From the IMG/VR virus record IMGVR_UViG_3300043039_000093, positions 1 to 46,600 of that record: a DNA stretch of 46,600 nucleotides, one strand, 5' to 3'. A program made the translations under genes and the position numbers. Shown one piece after another: positions 33,657 through 42,057 of this stretch; position 1 is the first letter of the stretch, and every line of letters starts with the position of its first letter. This DNA comes from a virus (Duplodnaviria > Caudoviricetes). The notes under the pieces were generated by a model, which had not been told where the DNA came from, did no database searches, and worked only from the letters and a program-made list of their open reading frames with translations.

Positions 33657-34175
33657 TTAATAATCGTTAATATTTTGAGCGCTACATTGGTAGTTATCAG
33701 CGATACATAGTGATTTGCCGTATCTAGCGATGACACCATCAATTGCTGATACCCAATAGCCTGCTTTGTCTAGCACTGGCCTACGTTCGAAGTATGCAAC
33801 CGCACCACTCTTATCGATTGCCCGCCACGCCATGTCTAAATATTCCCAACGTACTTCACTGATTAGCTTGAGAATTGGCATGCCACCTTTAGACTGTGGT
33901 GCAACTAAAAACATATCAGGCTGAACGCTACTGAAGCGCTCTATAAAATATTGCATTAACTCTAAAGGGTCGGCATTAAAATCCAACGAATCTACTAGCA
34001 GGTGTTGCTTACCATTCAGACTTAGTAGGTCATCCTGAATGGTGAATCGCTGTGAGTGCTTGGAATTAAGGCTGCCTGATTTGGTTACGTCATCGAATAC
34101 AGCAAACATCTGAATACTGTTTACACCGCTTTTCGTCACCGTTCTGCTTAATGAGCTGTTATTTAGCCTTAACAT
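33657..34175 (-). CDS. hypothetical protein
   Basis: 172 aa, RBS GAGG; C-terminal WRAIDKSG..AYF..RP...W. Confidence 0.7.
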   Translation of the reverse strand: MLRLNNSSLSRTVTKSGVNSIQMFAVFDDVTKSGSLNSKHSQRFTIQDDLLSLNGKQHLLVDSLDFNADPLELMQYFIERFSSVQPDMFLVAPQSKGGMPILKLISEVRWEYLDMAWRAIDKSGAVAYFERRPVLDKAGYWVSAIDGVIARYGKSLCIADNYQCSAQNINDY

Positions 34176-34314
34176 GAGTTAATCCTCAGAATAGGGGTTT
34201 AGGGTAGTAAGCATCGTCGCCTTGGAGCACCTGAACTCAGACATGCCCTTTTTGAGCCGTCACCTCACCAACTAGCTAATACCTACCGACCTAAACGATT
34301 GACGTTATTTACTC

Positions 34315-35358
34315 TTAACCTTTAGCAGTAATATCTTCAGCAACAACATCTAATGTGTCGTTTAGCATCTTGATGTCACCTTCATCAAAGTCTTGCTTCT
34401 TGTCAGTAATTAAGCCGCGCATCCGCTCAACATCTTCAGGTGTTTTGGCAGCCTTGACATGCTTCATGATGTTGTCGTATTCATCAGCTAAGATGATTGA
34501 CTGCTTCTGATCAGCAAGCGCTTGGCGTAGCTCGTCAACGTCTTCATCTTTGATATTGATAGAGTTATTCTCGACCATGGCTTTAATTTCTTTACCAATA
34601 GGCCCGATCTGCTTTACATCAGTAATCTGCTCAATCGTTCCCAGCAGCTCACTCGTATCGTAATATTCAATAACTGGTGCTTCAGCGGTTGCCTCTTTGC
34701 CTTTAACGCGGTTAAGTAGGGCAGAGGCACCAGCATTAGTAGATTTAGGCGTCACGTTACGAGGCGCGTCATTATTGCGGTCAGCCAACTCATCAGGCGT
34801 ATAAACACCTAATATGACATCAGGGCAGTGCAGACGGCTAAAGCGTTTGGCTGCTAGATATGCAAGCTGTTGGCGTGGGTCAGCTGTCCATAGCGGTGAG
34901 TTTCGGACAGTACCAACTTGCGCCATGGTTAAGCTAAGTTCGGTTGGCTCATCGTCGCCTTTGAATGTCGCTCGGCAAATAACACCAACGTCAGTGGACT
35001 TATCATCTTTGGCCTTAACCTTTGACCAGTCACCAAAGTATTCAAACTTAATACGGTCAGTGATAGGAGCGCGGTTGTTGATTACGGCGATAACAAGCTG
35101 TGCCTCGTAGCCCAACGTGCCATTAACCAAGTGTGTTTTTTGTGCTACTGCATATGGGTCCATGCCCCAGCGCAATGACTGACCAACGATAGCAAAGCAG
35201 TCACCTGTATTGCCTTGTAGATGCTTGGGAACAGTACAAGCACCACTAGCCATCATTTCAGCCAATCGGTGACACTTATTAAACAGCGAGTCATCAAGTG
35301 TGATTTGCTGTGGTGAATATTGCTGATCTTCCATTACCGCGATTTCTTGAGTATTCAT
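34315..35358 (-). CDS. recT: RecT-like single-strand annealing protein
   Basis: VPKHLQG..GDC...Q..RWGMDP.AVAQKT..VNG.LGYEAQL, NSPLW..DP.QQL.Y, PDVILGVYTPDEL. Confidence 0.88.
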   Translation of the reverse strand: MNTQEIAVMEDQQYSPQQITLDDSLFNKCHRLAEMMASGACTVPKHLQGNTGDCFAIVGQSLRWGMDPYAVAQKTHLVNGTLGYEAQLVIAVINNRAPITDRIKFEYFGDWSKVKAKDDKSTDVGVICRATFKGDDEPTELSLTMAQVGTVRNSPLWTADPRQQLAYLAAKRFSRLHCPDVILGVYTPDELADRNNDAPRNVTPKSTNAGASALLNRVKGKEATAEAPVIEYYDTSELLGTIEQITDVKQIGPIGKEIKAMVENNSINIKDEDVDELRQALADQKQSIILADEYDNIMKHVKAAKTPEDVERMRGLITDKKQDFDEGDIKMLNDTLDVVAEDITAKG

Positions 35359-35391
35359 GGGGTTATTCCTTAGTAAGTTATTAAATGAGTT

Positions 35392-36405
35392 TTATTTGAC
35401 TCGCATCACGCGGCTTTCGCTTTGCTTGTTGTACTTCTCAGCAAGCTCTGGCATGTCCTTCTTAAATTGGCCACTATTAAAACGATTGCTCGTTTGTACC
35501 TTATAAGTAGCGACCACCTCACCATCAATGGCCAATGCCTCATTGTCTTGAATCTGGCAAATCAGATCAGTCTGGGCGAGCTCAAGTGCGGCTTTAACTT
35601 CTTTTTCTTTCGCCTTTAATGACTCGTAATGCTCAAAGGCTTTGGCAGTTTCACTATCCGGCTTGACATCAAGCGTTGTATCAGGATTGTGCCGTGGGTA
35701 TTTATCCTTAGCGTTCAGCAGAGTAGTAGCATCAGGCTCTACACCTGCTAATACGTTGTCATTCCAGAAGCTTTCAGCTGCTTCAAACAAGTAATCGATA
35801 AACTCTTGATGACGTTCAATTTTGTACTGACGGTATTTGTTACCACCAATGAGCACAGCCATATGACAAACTTGTACACCTGTTACACCCATATACCATT
35901 GAGCTTGGCACTGATACTGGTCGGGTACTTCGTCAGACTCCTCTAAGCCCCAATTTTTACCGACATACTCTGATGCGGTTTTAATCTCGACAATCTCATC
36001 GGTAGTAAGCCTGCCATCTTTGAAACGAACGTTGCCCCAGCCTTTGACGTGATTGTTGACTACGGCACGGTCAATGTTAGCGATGGCCCAACGATGTTCT
36101 GGGTGACGCATGAGGAAGTTAACGTTCTGAATTTTAAGGCCACTGCGCTTGCTAAACTCACGCGCTACTGTGTCTTCAAGTACGGTGCCCCAATATGCAA
36201 ACTCGTTCATATCTTCTGCTGACAAAGGCTGCGTCTTAGACTGGTAAATGTCGTAAGCAGTAGCGTAGGGCGACACACCGATGATTGCTGCTATGTCACT
36301 ACCACCGATACCGCTTTGACGTAATTTGAGCCAGTCTTCACGACTTAGGTTGCTACTCTTAATAGCATTTTGGTCTTGCTGTTCAAACTTGATTGCGAGT
36401 CCCAT
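35392..36405 (-). CDS. YqaJ-like viral recombination exonuclease
   Basis: WL..R..GIGGSD.AAI.G.SPY, ANIDR, EIKTA, Y..Q.QWYM.VTG. Confidence 0.93.
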   Translation of the reverse strand: MGLAIKFEQQDQNAIKSSNLSREDWLKLRQSGIGGSDIAAIIGVSPYATAYDIYQSKTQPLSAEDMNEFAYWGTVLEDTVAREFSKRSGLKIQNVNFLMRHPEHRWAIANIDRAVVNNHVKGWGNVRFKDGRLTTDEIVEIKTASEYVGKNWGLEESDEVPDQYQCQAQWYMGVTGVQVCHMAVLIGGNKYRQYKIERHQEFIDYLFEAAESFWNDNVLAGVEPDATTLLNAKDKYPRHNPDTTLDVKPDSETAKAFEHYESLKAKEKEVKAALELAQTDLICQIQDNEALAIDGEVVATYKVQTSNRFNSGQFKKDMPELAEKYNKQSESRVMRVK

Positions 36406-36407
36406 GG

Positions 36408-36560
36408 TTACTCTCTCCCATATGCTTTTGCGATAAATTCATTGGCGTGTTTTGCCACTTTTGCTTGTTCTGACTGCTCGTAGCTGTCGTCAGCGATTGC
36501 ATAAGATGCGACCAACGCGCCCCATGCGAACCAAAGTGCTGTGAATAAGGTAAATTTCAT
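36408..36560 (-). CDS. small membrane/secreted protein (50 aa)
   Basis: MKFTLFTALWFAWGALVASYAIA...; RBS GGAGG. Confidence 0.6.
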   Translation of the reverse strand: MKFTLFTALWFAWGALVASYAIADDSYEQSEQAKVAKHANEFIAKAYGRE

Positions 36561-36561
36561 A

Positions 36562-36948
36562 TCAAGCACCTCCCCACATTGCGGCCTCATTACGCATATC
36601 GTTTTCCCAGTAGTTATTGAGCCACGCCTGATGTCTTGCCTTGTCGATAACTGCATCAAGGTAGGGCTTAGGTTCTTGGACTGGTTGGCTCTGAGTACGT
36701 TGCCAGTAAGATTGATTAACCAGCTTAATAAAGGCGGTCATAATCAGATCATTGTGATGGGGCGCGTGTTGATACTTAACCTCGTTACCGTTTGCATCTA
36801 CCGCCAACACTGGTAGTGCGTCTTTTAGCTTTTCCGATAAAGTGGCTTTAACTTCAAAGTGCACTTGATTGTCGTCTAGCTCTACAATCAGATAACCGTC
36901 TTTTCTGCCTAAATCGAAATATTGCTTTTTACCATCGATATCTGCCAT
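36562..36948 (-). CDS. hypothetical protein, first gene of the pL operon
   Basis: MADIDGKK... start at 36948 with RBS AAGGAG. Confidence 0.7.
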   Translation of the reverse strand: MADIDGKKQYFDLGRKDGYLIVELDDNQVHFEVKATLSEKLKDALPVLAVDANGNEVKYQHAPHHNDLIMTAFIKLVNQSYWQRTQSQPVQEPKPYLDAVIDKARHQAWLNNYWENDMRNEAAMWGGA

Positions 36949-37063
36949 AATATTTTCACTCCTTGTTGAGTAAGCCCCTTTAGATGTCGAGTCGAGAAGG
37001 GGCTTTTTGTTGTCTAGGATTTGATACCGCTGCATCATCTGCGTTGTTCGTTGCGATGTGTGT

Positions 37064-37156
37064 ATAATATCGTGATTACGATACTATGTAAACCCTTATA
37101 ACGATATTTTTAACGTATATACGATATTAATGTATAAGTTTATTGTTATTACGATA
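37064..37156 (-). promoter_or_regulatory. pL promoter and OL operators
   Basis: Minus strand TTTACA (37092-37087), 17 bp, TATTAT (37069-37064); 16-bp TATCG-N6-CGATA-type sites at 37068, 37091, 37111, 37141. Confidence 0.8.
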
Positions 37157-37166
37157 TTTATAGGCG

Positions 37167-37191
37167 CAAAAAAACCGCCACTTGGGCGGTT
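37167..37191 (-). terminator. terminator ending the immunity-region cargo transcript
   Basis: Minus strand AAACCGCC-CAAGT-GGCGGTTTTTTT. Confidence 0.85.
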
Positions 37192-37206
37192 TAGTAATAT
37201 GTTTTT

Positions 37207-38115
37207 TTAGTATCTGTAGCCTCTAACAGTACACCTACATCCCTCTACAGGTTCAAAGAAGTGCTCGTCAAATGCGCGATCTAACTCACCATTCAAAATA
37301 TTAAAACCTTTGTCTTTGATGTCTAAGCAAGGTTGAGTTGAATAATTATCATCAACTACATCAAACTGACCTTGTTTGAAATAGCCATCTTCTTTTAACT
37401 TGGTAAGTGAATCAATTCTAGGCTTCATAAGCGCAAACCAAGATTTGTAGTATTTCTCATTGTTCCATCTATCGTCATCAATCTTGCAAAATTTTCCAGC
37501 CTCTATTTTGTACTGCTCATCTACCAGTTTATAGACATCACTGAATTCTTGCGGCTTAAGTTTTTCTTCGAGATCATAAAGAAACTGCAGGATATCGACA
37601 TTGGCAAACTTAAAGCGTACTGGGCCTGAAGCTAGCTTATTGTCAGACACAGTACCAAAGCGATCTGCCAGTCTGTGCTTTTGCTCATCGTTAAAAGTAG
37701 CTTGGTACCATCCCTGTAACCCAAAGAACTCAATCAAGCCACCATTGATATTTTTATCAATAGCAAAGGTTTCTGTTATGGGTAATTCGGGTGCTGGTTC
37801 AGAGTTTATAATCGGAATAGAGGTGGGCTGCGACTTCAACTCATTCAATTCACGCATTATATTTTCATAATCCTGTCTATCCTGCTGTGTTGGCGCTAGT
37901 TGACGTTGCATAGCCTGTTGTGCGGCGGGTGAGTGTAGAGGCATAATAGCGGCGCTCCCACACTGCCCACACCTTTTATTTTTTGAACGCCAGATCTCAT
38001 AAATTATGGCAGGAATGACAGCAAACCATATTAAGATCAACGTTATAATTATACTTCCTGCTACTGTGGGGTTGGACGTAGATCCGCAGTTGCTGCAATA
38101 AACTTGTTGTGCCAT
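37207..38115 (-). CDS. membrane protein with split zinc ribbon and unknown C-terminal domain
   Basis: CSNC - TM hairpin - CGQC, Gln/Pro linker, C-terminal C...H....GCRC; promoter TTGCCG-17-TAAAGT (38181-38153). Confidence 0.75.
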   Translation of the reverse strand: MAQQVYCSNCGSTSNPTVAGSIIITLILIWFAVIPAIIYEIWRSKNKRCGQCGSAAIMPLHSPAAQQAMQRQLAPTQQDRQDYENIMRELNELKSQPTSIPIINSEPAPELPITETFAIDKNINGGLIEFFGLQGWYQATFNDEQKHRLADRFGTVSDNKLASGPVRFKFANVDILQFLYDLEEKLKPQEFSDVYKLVDEQYKIEAGKFCKIDDDRWNNEKYYKSWFALMKPRIDSLTKLKEDGYFKQGQFDVVDDNYSTQPCLDIKDKGFNILNGELDRAFDEHFFEPVEGCRCTVRGYRY

Positions 38116-38229
38116 ATCACTCGCCTGAATATGTAAAATAATGATTTACTCGACTTTAACCGATTGGTAACTATTCGGCAACTGTCTATAGTTGCTATTT
38201 TATTCGAATTCAATAATTTATAGCCACAA

Positions 38230-38254
38230 GAAAACCCGCTTAATAGCGGGTTCT
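38230..38254 (-). terminator. terminator after the methyltransferase gene
   Basis: Minus strand GAACCCGC-TATTAA-GCGGGTTTTCTT. Confidence 0.75.
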
Positions 38255-38267
38255 GATGTTTTAGGTA

Positions 38268-39122
38268 TTAAGCCAACTTCAATCTTTCATGTTCAAGGAT
38301 ATCAAAGTGCGGTGAGGTAATAAAAAGCTCACTACCAATTCTTTTCTTCGCGGCGCTGTAGTTGATATCAAACTGATATTGTGCAAATTCTTTATATAGA
38401 TCGCTAATTTCTGGGGTATTGTCATAAGTAAGCAGCCACGGCAAATCAGTTTTGGCCAATTTTTCAGAAATAGCCGCATGATCTTCATGATTATAAAAAT
38501 TAGTATATAGAGACTGGCCTTTGTTGTAGTACGGAGGGTCTACCATAAGTAGTGGTTTAGGTAGTGTAATACTCTCTAGCTTCTCAATGAACTTAATTGC
38601 ATCCATATTATAAATATGAATCTTATCTTTAATCGCAGCAATTTGATGAACTTTTTTTATTAGAGCTGCCTTATTAAAACGGCAATCCATTCTATATGCA
38701 CCATCTTGCTTTTTTCCGCCAATTACTCCAGCTTTGATGATGCCAGATCGATTGGTACGATTAAGGAAGAGGGTAGAGAACGCAAGCTCTAAAGGGTCCG
38801 CAGTATCTTTAATATCCTGTATGGCTTTTTGCTTATACCATTCGTCCATATCAATTTTGGTCAAACTAATAAGTTTAGAGAGCTCTTCTGGCTGGTCGAC
38901 TATACAGCTCCATAGTGAAGCAATAGACTGATCAATATCATTGAGATGCAGCTCGTCAACTATATTATTAGTTAAAAGCCTTAAAGCGAGGCCACAGCCT
39001 CCAGCGTAAGGCTCAGCATATTGGCACAGTTCCATATCATGGCTCGCAATAACATCACGAGTCATATCGTAAATACTGGCTTTGCCACCTGGATAGCGAA
39101 GCGGTGAAAGTGAGCGTTTCAT
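38268..39122 (-). CDS. N6-adenine DNA methyltransferase (D12/Dam class)
   Basis: SPLRYPGGK, EPYAGG (SAM binding), LND, FLNR, DPPYY (catalytic). Confidence 0.93.
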   Translation of the reverse strand: MKRSLSPLRYPGGKASIYDMTRDVIASHDMELCQYAEPYAGGCGLALRLLTNNIVDELHLNDIDQSIASLWSCIVDQPEELSKLISLTKIDMDEWYKQKAIQDIKDTADPLELAFSTLFLNRTNRSGIIKAGVIGGKKQDGAYRMDCRFNKAALIKKVHQIAAIKDKIHIYNMDAIKFIEKLESITLPKPLLMVDPPYYNKGQSLYTNFYNHEDHAAISEKLAKTDLPWLLTYDNTPEISDLYKEFAQYQFDINYSAAKKRIGSELFITSPHFDILEHERLKLA

Positions 39123-39183
39123 AAAGAACCAGAGTTAGTTTTAGTCAATCTTAGCAGAAGACTTTAAAATTGGCCAATTTTAT

Positions 39184-40614
39184 TTATTTGATTTCATTTA
39201 AGATATATTGAATAATCGGCTCAATATTCATCCAATCTGTTTTTAGTTCAGAAGCCTTTGGATAAGCTCCTCCATGAGCATTTATTCCCAGAGAAACTGG
39301 CGATAAGGCTGAACCTCGACTCTCTACCAAAAGGGTTAGGTTTTTTAATGCAGTTTCTTGTGATGCCGTTAATTTATGTTCATTTCCATCTAATTTAAAA
39401 TATTTATTTACTTCTATAATTGTAAGGTCTAGCCTGTCTTTGCTGACCTTCTTATGGCCAACTATATTTAGATAATGCTTTAATATACTTTCAGTAAATA
39501 CTCTTGTAATAATGGCACAGGACAACGGGAAAGACTCGACATGAATAACTTTCAATTCATGGTAAATTGTCATTATTATCTGATTGGATGTTTTACAATA
39601 AAATTCATTCGTAAATATGTACTTTCTATTATTAGGGTTCTTTGAGGATCTTTGTCTGCTTGGGTTGGTTGGTTCTTCTTTTTGCTTTAATGGGTCTTGC
39701 TCACTAATGCTGGCAGTGCTTGAATCATTAGTATTTTGATGACCTTCTGTATCAACTGCAATTTCAGTATCATTCTTTCCCTGATCACCAGCATTAACAT
39801 CTTGCTCTATTTTATTTAAAGTATAGCTATCAACCCTCTCTACTTCTTTTAGATAAGCATCGTAAAGATAGTTTCCATATTTTATGTAATCATCTTTATT
39901 AGACCTAGAGCTGACTGCCTTGTTATTTTTGTCTGCTACGTCCAAGATAAACTTCTCTAATGCTAAGATAAAATCTTCTTTAGGTATGTCAATTACTATT
40001 TCCAAATCCTTAGTATTGGACCTCAGCCCTATAGAGTTCCTAAAAGCTGGATTAGCTAAAAATCTTGTAACTGTGGTTAGTATTCCTTCTGTTTCAGCTT
40101 CTTTTATATCGTTTTTCTTAGCAAAATCGATAATGCTCACAGCTAATGTATTGTTGTTCGAGCGCCCACCCTCGAACCTTGTTTTTTGTTCTGCGCTCCA
40201 AGATTTAGTGCCAACTCCATTTTGTTGGCCACTATGTTTTCTTTCTAGCCATAAATTCGCATCTTCTCGCTTATCAAACACTTCACACTCAACATCCACC
40301 AACTTAGTGTTATACCTCTTTAAAATATCTTTGATTCTTTTTGAATATGGCGGTAACAAATCTGGATTTTCTAGAAGCTTAAGAGCACTTGCTCTTCTAT
40401 TACCCTCAAGAACAACATATCCTACAATATCCTCAAAAACAGCAATATCCTCAATGGGGCTCAGCCAGTTTTTTGCTATATCCTCCAATAGATTCATTAT
40501 CTGTTCTTTATCCATCATGTGTTCTATGATTGATATCTCATTCTCCATAATACTAGGTAATCTTGGGTTTTTTATATCAAGAACTAGTTTGTCAATTTTA
40601 AGTTTTCTTTTCAT
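39184..40614 (-). CDS. ParB/sulfiredoxin-like N-terminal domain plus HEPN-like C-terminal domain (candidate defence effector)
   Basis: LD.KNPRL, VVLEGNRR..ALKLL; polar linker; C-terminal EL......FP.SCA..TR.F.E...NAHG; AT-rich. Confidence 0.7.
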   Translation of the reverse strand: MKRKLKIDKLVLDIKNPRLPSIMENEISIIEHMMDKEQIMNLLEDIAKNWLSPIEDIAVFEDIVGYVVLEGNRRASALKLLENPDLLPPYSKRIKDILKRYNTKLVDVECEVFDKREDANLWLERKHSGQQNGVGTKSWSAEQKTRFEGGRSNNNTLAVSIIDFAKKNDIKEAETEGILTTVTRFLANPAFRNSIGLRSNTKDLEIVIDIPKEDFILALEKFILDVADKNNKAVSSRSNKDDYIKYGNYLYDAYLKEVERVDSYTLNKIEQDVNAGDQGKNDTEIAVDTEGHQNTNDSSTASISEQDPLKQKEEPTNPSRQRSSKNPNNRKYIFTNEFYCKTSNQIIMTIYHELKVIHVESFPLSCAIITRVFTESILKHYLNIVGHKKVSKDRLDLTIIEVNKYFKLDGNEHKLTASQETALKNLTLLVESRGSALSPVSLGINAHGGAYPKASELKTDWMNIEPIIQYILNEIK

Positions 40615-40734
40615 TACATTCCCTATAATAAATGGCTTTATTTCTAAAATATAAAATTATTATTTTCCCGATTAAGTGCTTTTGAGCAGCTCTACTCGCC
40701 ACCCGCTAGTCCCAATCCAACGCTTCACACACCC

Positions 40735-41124
40735 TCAAGAATACTTCCTCTGCTTATCACATAGCTGCATCCCAACCTCTTTAGCATCACTCAAGTCAGC
40801 GCCTTCCTTAATGCTGTAAGGCACGTTTGGAGTCAGACCAGCTTGCTTCAGCGATTCTTTAGCTGCCTTATTAAGCGGAGTACCAATATAGGATTCATCA
40901 ATATACACTGCAGGTTTGAAATATACTTCAGAACCAAACTCTGGATGAATGCTACACGAGATCGCACCAACTACAGTAAACGGGTAAGGTGTTTTATAAT
41001 CCGTTCCCCAAAATGATTCATGTACTATGGTAATGCCAAAGTCACTATTTTGATCTTCAGGAATGCACGCAGCTAACGATAAGGCAGCTATACTAATTAA
41101 CCACCAGGACAAATTGATTCGCAT
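40735..41124 (-). CDS. lipoprotein, YebY/DUF2511-like
   Basis: LSLAA-C lipobox; YPFTV.G.ISC, PLN.AA, G..LC. Confidence 0.6.
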   Translation of the reverse strand: MRINLSWWLISIAALSLAACIPEDQNSDFGITIVHESFWGTDYKTPYPFTVVGAISCSIHPEFGSEVYFKPAVYIDESYIGTPLNKAAKESLKQAGLTPNVPYSIKEGADLSDAKEVGMQLCDKQRKYS

Positions 41125-41390
41125 GGTACGCCATCCTTGTCGCGGTCTAATCTAGTGTTACCACACTTCAACGCCTGCTTAGCTTGCTCACAATTAGCCA
41201 TCTGACCACAAACACTTGGCAGACCTTTGCATTGCGAACCACCAGTGCCTTTGGCGAATAGCGGATGATCAACTTCGACAGATTCCTTCAAAACCGTATT
41301 GCTTTGAAATGGGTTATCTATCGTAGTAACGCCGGCATTGGACGATAAAGCGAACACAGATAGTGCCGCGGCTAGTATTAATTTTTTCAT
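41097..41390 (-). CDS. secreted Excalibur calcium-binding domain protein
   Basis: Signal peptide; C.QM.NC.QA...L.CG..RLDRDKDGVPCE. Confidence 0.9.
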   Translation of the reverse strand: MKKLILAAALSVFALSSNAGVTTIDNPFQSNTVLKESVEVDHPLFAKGTGGSQCKGLPSVCGQMANCEQAKQALKCGNTRLDRDKDGVPCESICPGG

Positions 41391-41417
41391 GGGTGAATTC
41401 CTTTTCTAGAAATTATC

Positions 41418-41936
41418 TTAATTACTATTCAACATTAGTGACTCCATAAATTCTTCGTAACTATCAAGAATTTCAACCTCCTTGATAGCTATAGAGGCAC
41501 AAGCGTTTTCAATATTATAGCCACCAACAGTTTCAGGGAAAGCATAAGAAAAGTCTGACTCAGACAACATTGTTTTTTTGAATTGTTGACTGTTAATAAC
41601 CTCATCTTTAAAGCCATAATCTACACGCGCGTTGACATAATATGTTTGATCGTCACATGAAATAAACCATTGCTGCTTTGAATAATACAGTCCCTTTTTA
41701 CGGATTGGATTGTTATTTATATACGTATATTGAAAAATGGCAGAAATATACTTAGGTTTATCTTTAGTGCTACTAAAGCTACTGCCTCCATACACCCTAA
41801 TATCCTGTCTTTTAACTGAATCATAATCTAAGAATGTTTGCATTTGTTTATCGTCAGACTTACCTAAGTCTATCCATTCAACAGCGCTAGATACCACTGG
41901 TAAAGCCAATAAGACTGCTAACAAAACTTTATTCAT
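41418..41936 (-). CDS. secreted protein (surface-adhesin E-like)
   Basis: Signal peptide ending VSSA; W..LG......FLD.DSV.R...ISC...PET.G.....AC. Confidence 0.6.
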   Translation of the reverse strand: MNKVLLAVLLALPVVSSAVEWIDLGKSDDKQMQTFLDYDSVKRQDIRVYGGSSFSSTKDKPKYISAIFQYTYINNNPIRKKGLYYSKQQWFISCDDQTYYVNARVDYGFKDEVINSQQFKKTMLSESDFSYAFPETVGGYNIENACASIAIKEVEILDSYEEFMESLMLNSN

Positions 41937-42057
41937 AACCACATCCTTGTGTTATTCAAAATCCAACGCTTCCCGATACACGCACCATCCCAATGGCAGG
42001 GTGTCGACTGGCTTGGCGAACTTTAGAAAGTGGCATATCCATATGTAAGCCCAGTCA

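Noticed and set aside
38268-39122. Orphan GATC Dam methylase for anti-restriction
   Set aside because: Its AT-rich composition and tight linkage to the ParB-like gene in the immunity cargo point to a two-gene system; specificity cannot be read from the sequence
39920-40654. 244-aa plus-strand ORF
   Set aside because: Antisense shadow of the ParB-like gene; Ser/Leu/Phe-rich composition, no RBS
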